Below, one piece after another: positions 47,651 through 57,123 of a DNA stretch of 64,000 nucleotides (positions within the stretch are counted from its first letter, which is position 1; each line of letters opens with the position of its first letter). Source of the DNA: Gammaproteobacteria bacterium (GTDB lineage Bacteria > Pseudomonadota > Gammaproteobacteria > Steroidobacterales > GCA-2729495); the NCBI GenBank assembly GCA_024277915.1, contig JAJRUG010000044.1, positions 79,490-143,489 on the forward strand, given 5' to 3'. The translations under genes were made by a program, and so were the position numbers. Under the pieces are notes generated by a model. The model searched no databases, was not told where the DNA came from, and worked only from the letters and a program-made list of their open reading frames with translations.

Positions 47651-48544
47651 CTAGTGCCTGTTGACCGGATTTTCCAGAGAACCCTCGGTCACTCTGGGGT
47701 GTCCCGCCAGATCGTTATGCGTGGCTACATTGTTGAATCCTGCCCGTTCAAACAGTTTTCTCACCTCAGGCCCCTGTCTGAATCCATGTTCAATCAACAG
47801 CCATCCGCCGGGTTCCATGCTGGATGGCGCACCGGCTACGATGACCCGAATCGCATCCAGTCCATCAGCCCCTGATCTCAATGCGAGCTCCGGTTCGTAG
47901 CCGAGTTCCGGGTCTGTTTCTTCCCATTCATCATCTGCCACATAGGGAGGATTCGACAGGATGATACTGAATAATTGTTCTCCGGTTGCAGACAACCAGT
48001 CTCCTTCGATAAATTTTATGCGACCGATACCAAGTGTGGCAGCATTCCGGCTGGCAGTGGTCAACGCAGCCTGGCTGATGTCTGTTGCAGTGATCCGCAG
48101 CTGTGGTCTTTCCGTAGCCAGTGCGAGCGCAATCGCGCCGGTGCCGGTGCCGAGATCGAGTGCCCTGGCGGTGGTATCCGTCGTGAGATATTCCAGCGCT
48201 CGCTCCACCAGTAATTCTGTTTCGGGTCTGGGGACCAATGTATCGTCAGTGACCGTCAGAGTCAGGGACCAGAATTCCCGATGGCCAACCAGCTGAGCCA
48301 CGGGTTTGTGTTCAGATCTTTGCCGAATCAAACAGTGAAATCGCTCACTGTCATCACTGGAAACGGGTGTCCCGGAGCCACTGATCAGTCCGACGCGTGT
48401 CATGCCGAGTATATGCCCCAGCAGTATTTCGGCATCCAGTCGTGCCGAGCTGCTCGTTGGGGTGAGTATTTCGGCGCCCTCTCGGAGCAATTCTGCGATG
48501 GTCATCAGCCCCGGTATTTCTGCCAGCTTCGTCATACCGTACAT
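47651..48544 (-). CDS. prmC: release-factor glutamine N5-methyltransferase
   Basis: 297 aa with DLGTGTGAIALA and NPPY motifs. The start is uncertain (48544, or the ATG at 48505). Confidence 0.85.
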   Translation of the reverse strand: MYGMTKLAEIPGLMTIAELLREGAEILTPTSSSARLDAEILLGHILGMTRVGLISGSGTPVSSDDSERFHCLIRQRSEHKPVAQLVGHREFWSLTLTVTDDTLVPRPETELLVERALEYLTTDTTARALDLGTGTGAIALALATERPQLRITATDISQAALTTASRNAATLGIGRIKFIEGDWLSATGEQLFSIILSNPPYVADDEWEETDPELGYEPELALRSGADGLDAIRVIVAGAPSSMEPGGWLLIEHGFRQGPEVRKLFERAGFNNVATHNDLAGHPRVTEGSLENPVNRH

Positions 48545-48677
48545 GGTACCCGCAGTGTATCGCCGCGTCAGTTCCCTGCTGCGAAACAGACCCTCTTTGT
48601 CGCCTGTTTACTGGTAAGATTTTCACCCAACAGCCCCCCGTTTCGTTATATCGCCTCTGAGCCAGAAGCAGAACATC

Positions 48678-49850
48678 ATGAGCAACAAGACAGGTACACA
48701 AAGCTTTGCCACCCGATGCATTCATGCAGGCAATACGACTGACTCTGCCACCGGTGCTGTCATGCCGCCCATCGTGACGTCTTCAACCTATGTCCACCCG
48801 GCGTTTGGAGAAGCTCCCGAATATATATACTCACGTACTGCCAACCCGACCTGCGAGGCACTGGAGCGGTGCGTTGCCGAACTGGAGTCAGGAGTAAAGG
48901 CATTGGCTTATTCATCCGGAATGGCAGCTACCGCTGCAGTCCTGGAGTTGCTGGATTCGTGCTCCCACGTGATTGCACCAGCTGGAATGTATGGTGGAAC
49001 TTTACGATTGTTCAGTGAGGTTCGAAGCCGCAGCGCCGGGCATGAGTTTTCGTTCGTGGATTTCAGTGATCCGGAAAACGTTGCCGCGGCAACGCGCCCG
49101 GACACACGATTGATCTGGGTCGAAACGCCCACCAACCCCTTGTTGCAGATTATTGATCTTGAGGCAGTCGTCAGCCTGGCCAAAAGCTCTGGCGGTGACA
49201 AAAACATTCTGGTGGCAGTGGATAACACCTTTGCGTCGCCGTGCCTGCAACGACCGCTCGAACTTGGCTGCGATATCGTGATGCACTCAACCACCAAATA
49301 CCTCGGTGGACACTGCGATGTAATCGGTGGCATGAATATCGTGGCCGACCATGAACTGGCAGCCAGGATGCAGTCGCTGCGCACTGCTACCGGCGGTATT
49401 GCGAGCCCGTTTGATGCATACCTTGTGCTGCGTGGTGTAAAGACTCTGGCATTGCGAATGGAACGTCAGGTGGCCAATGCGGGTGCTATTGCCGCCTGGC
49501 TGCAGAACCATGCCGGTACCAGTGTCGTGCATTACCCCGGTCTTGAGAGTCATGCCCAGCACGATCTGGCCGTGCGCCAGATGGACGGGTTTGGTGCAGT
49601 TGTATCATTCGTTCTGGTTGGTGATGTCGCACGATTCATGAATCAACTGAGTGTGTTTTCCGTGGCCGAGAGTCTCGGCGGTGTTGAAAGCCTGGCAGGG
49701 CATCCGGCCACGATGAGTCATTCCGGCCTCACGCCGGAGCAGCGAAGCGCGATCGGGATAGAAGACAATCTGATCCGGTTATCAATCGGTATTGAAGATG
49801 CTGATGATTTGATCGCTGACCTTGAGCAGGCCCTGGCTGAAAACTGTTAG
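48678..49850 (+). CDS. PLP-dependent trans-sulfuration enzyme (cystathionine gamma-synthase / gamma-lyase / beta-lyase family)
   Basis: 390 aa with the SGMAA and HSTTKYLGGH (PLP lysine) motifs. Confidence 0.85.
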   Translation: MSNKTGTQSFATRCIHAGNTTDSATGAVMPPIVTSSTYVHPAFGEAPEYIYSRTANPTCEALERCVAELESGVKALAYSSGMAATAAVLELLDSCSHVIAPAGMYGGTLRLFSEVRSRSAGHEFSFVDFSDPENVAAATRPDTRLIWVETPTNPLLQIIDLEAVVSLAKSSGGDKNILVAVDNTFASPCLQRPLELGCDIVMHSTTKYLGGHCDVIGGMNIVADHELAARMQSLRTATGGIASPFDAYLVLRGVKTLALRMERQVANAGAIAAWLQNHAGTSVVHYPGLESHAQHDLAVRQMDGFGAVVSFVLVGDVARFMNQLSVFSVAESLGGVESLAGHPATMSHSGLTPEQRSAIGIEDNLIRLSIGIEDADDLIADLEQALAENC

Positions 49851-50212
49851 CTCGTTACAGGGTTTCGATACCGTACAGAATGTCATCACATCAGGGTCTG
49901 CATCGACATCCGCAATGGAAGGCAGCACCGAAGAAGAACAGTTCCAGGCGCAGTCCAAAACAGGCTGTTTTGCCATCTGAACTACAGTGACAGTTACCGT
50001 ATCGGTCTCGCCTGTCTGGTGCCCCCCCTGATTTGCATCAATTACGCCGGTACAGCGGTTTGCTACGTTGATTTCATCAACATTGGACTAACGGAGTATT
50101 GATGGGATTGGTTCGCAAGTAGCAAGCTAAAGACTGATTGGCGCTTTGTATACAGCGCACGCAATCGAACTGGCTGCGGTGTACCTGCAAAAAAAACAGT
50201 GAGGAGTCTGGT

Positions 50213-51256
50213 ATGAAAACCGTTAAGGTGCTGGTTGTTTTTTTCCTTGTTTCGATCGAAAGAATCCTGATATCTGCAAAAAGGACTCTGGGCCTGGGGC
50301 TCATGTGTCTTTCATTTTTTTCAGCAGCCAGCGCGGCATCCGATGGTAGCTGGGAGTGGATTCCCAATCAGCAGATCAGCGATAGCCTGACTGGTAGTGA
50401 CTACCAGGCCATCGCTGCGGGCAACCAGCACAGCCTGGTTCTGGCATCTGATGGATCCATTGTCAGCTGGGGGCAGGACTCCAATCATATAATCACCAAC
50501 ACTCCCACCGGTAGCGGCTATCAGGCCATTGCCGGGGGTTACTATCACAGCCTTGCCCTCACGATCGAAGGGTTCATTGTTGCCTGGGGTTATGATGCCT
50601 GGGGCCAGGTCAGCAACGTACCCGCCGGTAGCGGCTATCAGGCTATTGCGGCAGGTAACCAGCACAGCCTGGCTCTGACTGCAGATGGATCCATCGTTGC
50701 CTGGGGCAATGATGCATGGGGTCAGGTCAGCGACGTGCCGGCTGGCAGCGGATACCAGGCGATTGCGGTGGGCTGGAACCAGAGCCTGGCTCTGACCGCT
50801 GACGGATCCATCGTTGCCTGGGGGTACGATGCCTGGAATCAGGTTTCCAATATTCCCACCGGCAGCGGATACCAGGCGATCGCTGCAGGTTACTATCATA
50901 ACCTGGCCCTTGCAGCTGATGGGATCATCATTAGCTGGGGGCTGGAGTCCAATCGTGTGGTCGCCAACACTCCCGCCGGTAATGGTTACCTGGCTATTAC
51001 GGGGGGCAGCGACCATGCTTTGGCTTTGACTGCCGATGGATCCATCGTGGGTTGGGGGTATGACGCATGGAACCAGGTCACCAACGTACCTGTCGGCAGC
51101 GGCTACCAGGCGATTGCAGTGGGCTGGAACCACAGCCTGGCTCTCGCATCTGACGGATCTATTGTGAGCTGGGGAAAAGACAACAGTCAAAAGGTCAGCA
51201 ACACAGATCGTGGCTTGCAGGCCATTGCAGAAAACAGCCGGGTCAAATCACGGTAA
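50213..51256 (+). CDS. RCC1-like / BLIP-II-like seven-bladed beta-propeller repeat protein
   Basis: ORF 50138..51256. ATG at 50213 follows GAGGAG. The N-terminus is hydrophobic. There are seven 39-aa repeats GSGYQAIAAGxxHSLALTADGSIVAWGxDAWGQVSNVPx plus a partial eighth (GLQAIA). Confidence 0.75.
   Translation: MKTVKVLVVFFLVSIERILISAKRTLGLGLMCLSFFSAASAASDGSWEWIPNQQISDSLTGSDYQAIAAGNQHSLVLASDGSIVSWGQDSNHIITNTPTGSGYQAIAGGYYHSLALTIEGFIVAWGYDAWGQVSNVPAGSGYQAIAAGNQHSLALTADGSIVAWGNDAWGQVSDVPAGSGYQAIAVGWNQSLALTADGSIVAWGYDAWNQVSNIPTGSGYQAIAAGYYHNLALAADGIIISWGLESNRVVANTPAGNGYLAITGGSDHALALTADGSIVGWGYDAWNQVTNVPVGSGYQAIAVGWNHSLALASDGSIVSWGKDNSQKVSNTDRGLQAIAENSRVKSR
50393..51211 (+). repeat. 7 x 117-bp in-frame tandem repeats
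   Basis: The repeat boundaries come from the protein repeats. The DNA units share long identical stretches (for example ggtagcggctatcaggc and gatggatccatcgttgcctgggg). Confidence 0.85.
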
Positions 51257-51577
51257 ACGAACCTCCAATGCTGCGAGCAGGTAGCTACAGGGTGAAGGCT
51301 CATAGTTCACTCGCTTGGACTATGAACGATTATTCACTAATATGGTGTGCTGATGAGTTTTCTCGTAAGCAGCATATGCAGTTTGCGCCTGCGGCGCCGG
51401 ATCGGCTTACTGCCGGGTATTCAAGTGATAAGAAAGATAAGTACGATATGTCTTTGTCAGAAGATATGGACCTGCCTGACATCGATGGCATGGTCAGGGG
51501 ACATCAAGAGTCCAGGTAGAATGAATTCGTTTTTATAGTTTGAAGCTCAATCTGGACTCAAGTCCTGGGGTAAGACC

Positions 51578-51976
51578 ATGATGCTCTTATATATAGTTCT
51601 TGGATTTCTTGTGCCGGTCATTATGGTGTTTGTTTACTCTATTTGGCTTAATCGCAAGCGGCGGAGTTCTAATACCACTGAACTTCGCGGTGACTCAGAA
51701 AATAAAACCTTTTCGGCTTTGGTTCAAAAGTGCTCAGACCTCAGGGATTCTGTAATTAAAGACAATGCTATTAATATTGAAGAGGAGATCGATTCTGTAC
51801 TGGCGATAGCGCGTTCGTTCCGGGATCAAAATCTGAAAGATCAATCGTTGGCCCAGGTTATGGCTGTTTACGTAGCAATCGGGCGTGATGAAGAGGCGCG
51901 CACATTGCTATCAGAGGTGAAGGGTGAAACCAATCGTGCACACATTCTTAAGGAAGTGTTACGCACTGTCACCTGA
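51578..51976 (+). CDS. hypothetical membrane-anchored protein
   Basis: 132 aa with one N-terminal TM helix (MMLLYIVLGFLVPVIMVFVYSIW). The region is AT-rich. I recognised no family. Confidence 0.4.
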   Translation: MMLLYIVLGFLVPVIMVFVYSIWLNRKRRSSNTTELRGDSENKTFSALVQKCSDLRDSVIKDNAINIEEEIDSVLAIARSFRDQNLKDQSLAQVMAVYVAIGRDEEARTLLSEVKGETNRAHILKEVLRTVT

Positions 51977-52104
51977 CAAGCCCCTGCTACCCGTTGCAGA
52001 TTTCTGCGACTTTGGCTTCGATCCATGTTTTTACTTCTAAGGAAAGGCACCCTGCCGCCAAGTAAAATTAACGAAGAGAAAATAAGGCTGGTACGTTTAC
52101 AGTG

Positions 52105-52923
52105 TTACGCTTCGGCAGGGAATATCCCTCGCATCGTTCGAACTCCCCAGGCATCTTTGATACCTAGCCGGCTCAGTTGGGCTTTATTGAACTGACGGCG
52201 CCGGTACTGGCTAACACCCTTTAAAATCAGCGTACTAACCCGAGAAGCCAGATTTCTTCTCATCCGTTGCCTTGCCCCGATCGTTGAGTCTGCGGCAAGA
52301 TCTGACGTTGAGAAAATGGAATCCGACAGAGAAAACACTGGTGTTAAGTGTACCCAGGTCTGTTGCAGGTATTTGTCCACCGGCACACTGAGGGTACTGC
52401 TGCCTTTGAGAAGGGCTGCGGCGGCTACAGGACTAATACCATAGGCCAGAAGACAAAGCGGGACACGGGCCAGATATCGAACACGGCCATCTTGCCCATC
52501 AGGCAGCGGATAAGCACGCCGAATTTTATTGAATGGAAAAATCTTTTTTCGGGGAGTCTTGTTTTCCTGAAGACGAATGAACCCGAAGGAATTGATCAGT
52601 GCCTCCATATCAGCGAGCATTTCCGCAAAGTTATCCTTCAGAAAAAAGTCATCCTCAAGGATGATGATCGACTTGTTTAGATCAACACAGGTTTGCCACA
52701 ATGCCTTGTGGCTTGCGTAGCACCCGATCTCGCCCGGCAGCGGCATATGACCAGTATTGAGTTTGTACCGCCACAGATCGAGTCCATCGAAGCGCTTGAG
52801 GGCGTCAGGTACATCCTGTATCGCATCGAAAAACTCAAAGTCGAGAGGGATCTGTTGGAGCTGTCTGGCCACTTCGGCGCGTCTCTCGGTTGCGCTCGTG
52901 AGACTTATAACGAATATGTGCAT
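52105..52923 (-). CDS. glycosyltransferase family 25 (LOS/LPS beta-1,4-galactosyltransferase-like)
   Basis: 272 aa. MHIFVISLTSATERRAEVARQL...FEFFDAI and CYASHKALW are typical of GT25 (LgtB/Lic2A-like). Confidence 0.8.
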   Translation of the reverse strand: MHIFVISLTSATERRAEVARQLQQIPLDFEFFDAIQDVPDALKRFDGLDLWRYKLNTGHMPLPGEIGCYASHKALWQTCVDLNKSIIILEDDFFLKDNFAEMLADMEALINSFGFIRLQENKTPRKKIFPFNKIRRAYPLPDGQDGRVRYLARVPLCLLAYGISPVAAAALLKGSSTLSVPVDKYLQQTWVHLTPVFSLSDSIFSTSDLAADSTIGARQRMRRNLASRVSTLILKGVSQYRRRQFNKAQLSRLGIKDAWGVRTMRGIFPAEA

Positions 52924-53272
52924 AGCAGCTCCAAATCAGTCTAGAAATAATTAGACGTATGAGAGCGAAATATCCGTCTCTGTTGTTCACTGTCCTTCGG
53001 GATTGCTGCGAGACGCTAACACGCAATGGGTAGCTGTACGGCTCTGATCACAACGAAAAAAATGATCGAATACCGTGCTCGATCATTCTCTGAACAATCT
53101 TTCCTGAGCCCTCCCCCGTTCCCGGGTTCATGCGCACCATCCTGTCTGAAAAATTCTAGCTACTGTTGACAGATTTCTGCTTCCAGTACGTCTAATACCA
53201 GTCTGAGATACTCATCGGAGCATTTGTTTCTCCATAACAGCTATCTGTCTGTTTGGTGCATTCGATCAGAAA

Positions 53273-54052
53273 ATGAAAATTTTTGTAATCAGTCTTCCCA
53301 CCTCCCACGCGAGGAGGGCTAGCGCTGCTTCTCAGCTGCATAAGTTTGGTCTTGATTTTGAGTTTTTCCAGGGTGTATTCGGTAGCCATGTACTTGATCG
53401 CTACTTCGACGGGTACGATGAGGAGCAGTTTCTCAGAAATACCGGCCGAATGATGTGTGACGGGGAAATTGGTTGTTATGCCAGTCACCTGGCACTGTGG
53501 AAAAAATGTGTAGAGCTCGATGAGCCTATTGTAATTATGGAGGATGATTTCCTTCTTCTCGATGCATTTCCGGAATCCATTCGGCAACTTGACAGAAATG
53601 TACACCAGTACGGGTATATACGTTTACAAGAAGAAGGGCGAGCCCGGAAACTCAAAGAAAAGGAATGTGGCAATTTCGTGCTTTGGCGTTTTACCAAAGC
53701 GCCACATGGTGCAATGTGCTACGGAATTTCACCATCTGTCGCCGCAGTATTTATTGAGCAAAGCAACATACTGACCGCTCCGATTGATGTGTACGTCAAG
53801 AAATTCTGGAGTCACAATCAGCCGATATATGGATTATCACCCTACATGGTAATCGACAGTAATCTTTGCCGGGACACCAACATCAAGGGCAGGAAAAAAC
53901 ACAAAAAGTCATTGAGGGTGCAGTTCTTGCGAATAGTTACAAAATGCGACTGGTTTTTCAGCAGGCTGTACTTCAATTTCACTCAATACTGTTTGAACCA
54001 CCGTCGCTTACATCGGAAACGAAATGTAAACGAGAGTGCGCGACTTGGGTAG
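53273..54052 (+). CDS. glycosyltransferase family 25 (paralog)
   Basis: 259 aa with MKIFVISLPTSHARRASAASQL...FEFFQGV and CYASHLALW. It is divergent from the other GT25 gene. Confidence 0.8.
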   Translation: MKIFVISLPTSHARRASAASQLHKFGLDFEFFQGVFGSHVLDRYFDGYDEEQFLRNTGRMMCDGEIGCYASHLALWKKCVELDEPIVIMEDDFLLLDAFPESIRQLDRNVHQYGYIRLQEEGRARKLKEKECGNFVLWRFTKAPHGAMCYGISPSVAAVFIEQSNILTAPIDVYVKKFWSHNQPIYGLSPYMVIDSNLCRDTNIKGRKKHKKSLRVQFLRIVTKCDWFFSRLYFNFTQYCLNHRRLHRKRNVNESARLG

Positions 54053-54317
54053 CGGCAATTCAAGCGGGCCATATGCGTTGCACACGTTAATCTATTGAAG
54101 GATTTTCGGGGTGGTGAAAGGCAGGCAATTGCTTTGAGATTGCGACGATAGTGTCGATTTGTACTGAAATTTGATCCAATTCCGGTACTTGTTTGCATCG
54201 ACGATTGACCCATCTGGTTGCTACCTGATGGTAACAAGCGCTGAGTTTCTAACTATTCTGCCGGATCAGTTTTCAGTGCAATACTGGGTCAGATTTCGGT
54301 GCAAATCAACAAGCTTA

Positions 54318-54725
54318 TTACAAGGTTTCGATACCGGCTGTTTTACAGGCGGCAATCAGCTTTCTGTCCAGTGTTGCCAGTGGCAGGTTCCGACGCAGCG
54401 CGAGCTCAATGTAAGCAGCATCATATAGCGATAGATCGAATTTTGTTGCATATCCCAAGCCTGATGAAAATGCGTGTTCATGAGTTCTGCGATCTGTTTC
54501 TATGGGCAGGTTACACAGATCAGAAATAATCCTTTCCTGCTCATGTTGGGTAATGCGGTTTCGTCTTGTTGCTACGAGTAGCGCGTTACACACTTCAAGT
54601 GACCACAGTTCTGGTACCACCGCTGAATCATGTGCCAGTCTGTCCAGTACTGTTTTTACCTGATCATCAGCTTCATCCGGCATGACCCAGGCCAGGGCCG
54701 TGGAGCAGTCAAGCACGAAAGGCAT
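54318..54725 (-). CDS. vapC: PIN-domain toxin VapC
   Basis: 135 aa with acidic PIN residues in FVLDCS, PELWSLEV, LYDAAY and LATLD. Confidence 0.85.
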   Translation of the reverse strand: MPFVLDCSTALAWVMPDEADDQVKTVLDRLAHDSAVVPELWSLEVCNALLVATRRNRITQHEQERIISDLCNLPIETDRRTHEHAFSSGLGYATKFDLSLYDAAYIELALRRNLPLATLDRKLIAACKTAGIETL

Positions 54726-54997
54726 TAGCGACGATGGCCGCTGTGGGCGAGATCGCGCAAGCTTTCGTCAGCCTCAAGCAAATCACTGGTTCGAACTCCT
54801 CGTTGCCTGAGTGCTTCTTTCGTTGCGTGCAGACTGGCTATGGCGTCTCTTGCAAGATCCACATCACTATCTCCTACGGGTACAAGCTCGGCGACGGGTT
54901 TTCCGTGCTTGGTAATGACAAACCGCTCACCCTGCTGAACGCGTACCAGCAACTGGGGCAGATGGGTTTTCGCTTCGTATGCGCCTAGCTTCTGCAT
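54725..54997 (-). CDS. Phd/YefM-type antitoxin
   Basis: 90 aa with AKTHLPQLLVRVQQGERFVITKHGKPVAELVP. It overlaps the vapC start by 1 nt. Confidence 0.85.
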   Translation of the reverse strand: MQKLGAYEAKTHLPQLLVRVQQGERFVITKHGKPVAELVPVGDSDVDLARDAIASLHATKEALRQRGVRTSDLLEADESLRDLAHSGHRR

Positions 54998-55015
54998 ATA
55001 ACACTGGGACCATAA

Positions 55016-55035
55016 TAGACTAGTCGTAGACTAGT
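55016..55035 (-). promoter_or_regulatory. direct repeats tagactagt x2, candidate antitoxin operator/promoter
   Basis: Copies are at 55016-55024 and 55027-55035 (11-bp period), 19-38 nt upstream of the antitoxin ATG. They overlap a TATTAT -10-like element on the minus strand and are followed by the TTGATATTGATCAA palindrome region. Confidence 0.4.
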
Positions 55036-55139
55036 TGATATTGATCAACAATGCAATACAGCAGATCCCGGTGAGACTTATTAGACGCTGCCTGATTCAG
55101 TGGATCAACGGCAGTAACTGCATGATTCGCAGAGAAAAG

Positions 55140-56222
55140 TCAGCTATCCAGCTCCGCAAGCTGATCGGCCTGGTGCTCACTGATCAGCGGATCGATGAGT
55201 TGGTCGACATTTCCCGCCAGGATGTCATCGAGCTTGTATAGCGTCAGGTTAATCCGGTGGTCGGTCACCCTTCCCTGGGGAAAGTTGTAGGTACGGATTC
55301 GTTGCGACCGGTCGCCGCTGCCGACCAGGTTGCGCCGCTGCTCGGCCTGCTCGTTGTCGATCTTTTGCTGCTCAATATCCAGTATGCGGGCTTGCAAAAG
55401 TGATAGCGCCTTGGCTTTGTTTTTGTGCTGTGAGCGGCCATCCTGACACTCCACAACGATACCACTGGGAATATGGGTCAGGCGCACTGCGGAATCTGTT
55501 TTGTTGACATGCTGACCACCGGCACCGGAAGCGCGAAAAGTATCAACACGCAAATCTGCAGGGTTGATATCAACTGTCTCGGCATTTTCTATTTCCGGCA
55601 GTATCGCGACAGTGCACGCAGAGGTATGCACCCGACCCTGGGATTCCGTTTCGGGGACCCGCTGCACCCGGTGGGCGCCAGATTCAAACTTCAGCCGGGA
55701 GTAAGCGCCACGCCCCAGTATGCGGCAAATAATCTCCTTGAATCCGCCATGATCGCCTTCGCTTTCGCTGAGAATTTCCAGCGTCCATTTCTGCGCCTCT
55801 ACATAGCGCAGGTACATTCGAAAAAGATCACCCGCAAATAGCGCGGCTTCGTCGCCACCGGTGCCGGCACGGATTTCGAGATAGATATTATTGTCGTCAT
55901 GCGGATCTTTCGGCACAAGATAGGCCTGCACCTGAAGTTCGATCTCTGCCAGCCGCTGTTCGGCGGTGTCTACTTCTTCCCGCCCAAGCGCTTTCAGCTC
56001 TTCATCATCTCCCTCGACCATTTCTTTGGCAGCCAGCAAATCTGTCTGTGCCCGCTCGGTCTCCCTGAGCAGCACGACCACTGGCTCCAGCTGCGAGAAC
56101 TCACGGGCGAGATCGCGGAACCGGTTCTGGTCCGAGATCACCTCCGGATCTGACAGCAATCCTTCCAGTTCCCCTGACCGGGAGACCAGATGCTGCAATT
56201 TTTCGACAATCGCCTGTTTCAT
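55140..56222 (-). CDS. prfA: peptide chain release factor 1
   Basis: ORF 55140..56363. Start is the ATG at 56222 ([12 protein letters not shown]). The PET tripeptide context ([14 protein letters not shown]) and GGQHVNKT are present. Confidence 0.95.
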   Translation of the reverse strand: MKQAIVEKLQHLVSRSGELEGLLSDPEVISDQNRFRDLAREFSQLEPVVVLLRETERAQTDLLAAKEMVEGDDEELKALGREEVDTAEQRLAEIELQVQAYLVPKDPHDDNNIYLEIRAGTGGDEAALFAGDLFRMYLRYVEAQKWTLEILSESEGDHGGFKEIICRILGRGAYSRLKFESGAHRVQRVPETESQGRVHTSACTVAILPEIENAETVDINPADLRVDTFRASGAGGQHVNKTDSAVRLTHIPSGIVVECQDGRSQHKNKAKALSLLQARILDIEQQKIDNEQAEQRRNLVGSGDRSQRIRTYNFPQGRVTDHRINLTLYKLDDILAGNVDQLIDPLISEHQADQLAELDS

Positions 56223-56273
56223 GTGGGTTATTATTACCCAAAGCACGCTCGAATATTGTACGAGGAGGCAAAA

Positions 56274-56594
56274 ATGCTGGTCACTAATATCGAAACCGTT
56301 CCAGGTCGACAGGTCATCAAGCACCTGGGGCTGGTTCAGGGCAGTACCGTCCGCGCCAAGCACATCGGTCGTGACATACTGGCCAGCCTCAAGAATGTCT
56401 TTGGTGGTGAGCTCAAGGCCTATACGGAATTGCTGCAGGAATCACGTGACGAAGCATTGGACCGGCTCCAGCAGCAGGCACGGGCTATTGGCGCAAACGC
56501 GGTATTGAATGTACGTTTTTCAACTTCATCCGTCGCCCAGGGTGCGGCAGAGCTGTTTGCCTATGGCACGGCAGTGGTGCTGGACGAGGAATGA
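56274..56594 (+). CDS. YbjQ/UPF0145-family protein
   Basis: ORF 56190..56594. ATG at 56274 follows GAGGAGG, and [14 protein letters not shown]...[11 protein letters not shown] is present. Confidence 0.8.
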   Translation: MLVTNIETVPGRQVIKHLGLVQGSTVRAKHIGRDILASLKNVFGGELKAYTELLQESRDEALDRLQQQARAIGANAVLNVRFSTSSVAQGAAELFAYGTAVVLDEE

Positions 56595-57109
56595 TTGAGT
56601 TCGTCACATTCCTGGTCCTGATGGCGCTTGGCTATGGTTTCGGCCAATATGCGGAACGCAAGCACTATCGATCAATCCTGGAACGTGAAAAACGTTTTCG
56701 CAGTGAAGTGCTGGTATTTCAGACCGGGGTTCCGCCAGAACAAGGGCAGGGGCAAGACCAGGATGTACGGCTGGTCATGGGCAGCGTCGTTATTTCCGTG
56801 GACTACTTCAAGCGATTTCTGGCGGGCCTGCGAGCATTATTCGGCGGCCGGGTGAAATCCTATGAAAGTCTGCTCGATCGCGCCCGTCGCGAAGCTGTGC
56901 TGCGCATGCAGCAGGAGGCCAGCAAGCTCGGCGCCGGCATGGTAATCAATCTGAGAATGGAAACTGCGTCTATTTCCAAAGGTGAGGAGAAAACTGTCGG
57001 CTCGGTCGAGGTTTTGGCATACGGCACTGCGATCATTACCCGCGATGCCCGGTCCCGCTTTGAGCCAACACGGTTTGGACGTGCAACGGAGTTATTCGAG
57101 CGGGCTTAA
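56591..57109 (+). CDS. membrane-anchored YbjQ/UPF0145-family paralog
   Basis: 172 aa with an ATGA overlap with the preceding gene. It has an N-terminal TM helix and a YbjQ-like core ending VEVLAYGTAI. Confidence 0.7.
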   Translation: MIEFVTFLVLMALGYGFGQYAERKHYRSILEREKRFRSEVLVFQTGVPPEQGQGQDQDVRLVMGSVVISVDYFKRFLAGLRALFGGRVKSYESLLDRARREAVLRMQQEASKLGAGMVINLRMETASISKGEEKTVGSVEVLAYGTAIITRDARSRFEPTRFGRATELFERA

Positions 57110-57123
57110 GACCACCGGTTGCC

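Noticed and set aside
50321-51190. 289-aa minus-strand ORF across the RCC1-like repeats
   Set aside because: It is the mirror image of the 117-bp repeats. The sense frame gives a canonical propeller repeat with an RBS and start, and the antisense frame has neither.
51268-51538. Two overlapping small ORFs (83 aa and 63 aa) downstream of the RCC1-like gene
   Set aside because: There is no RBS and no recognisable motif. The two reading frames are mutually exclusive and lie in AT-rich DNA. I left them unannotated as genes, although a small protein cannot be excluded.
53983-54317. Possible IS/transposase remnant in the non-coding stretch between the second GT25 gene and vapC
   Set aside because: The short ORF (…NRHYRRNLKAIACL…) only vaguely recalls IS5-family C-termini. 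There are no inverted repeats, no DDE motif and no extended frame. I treat it as unassigned spacer.
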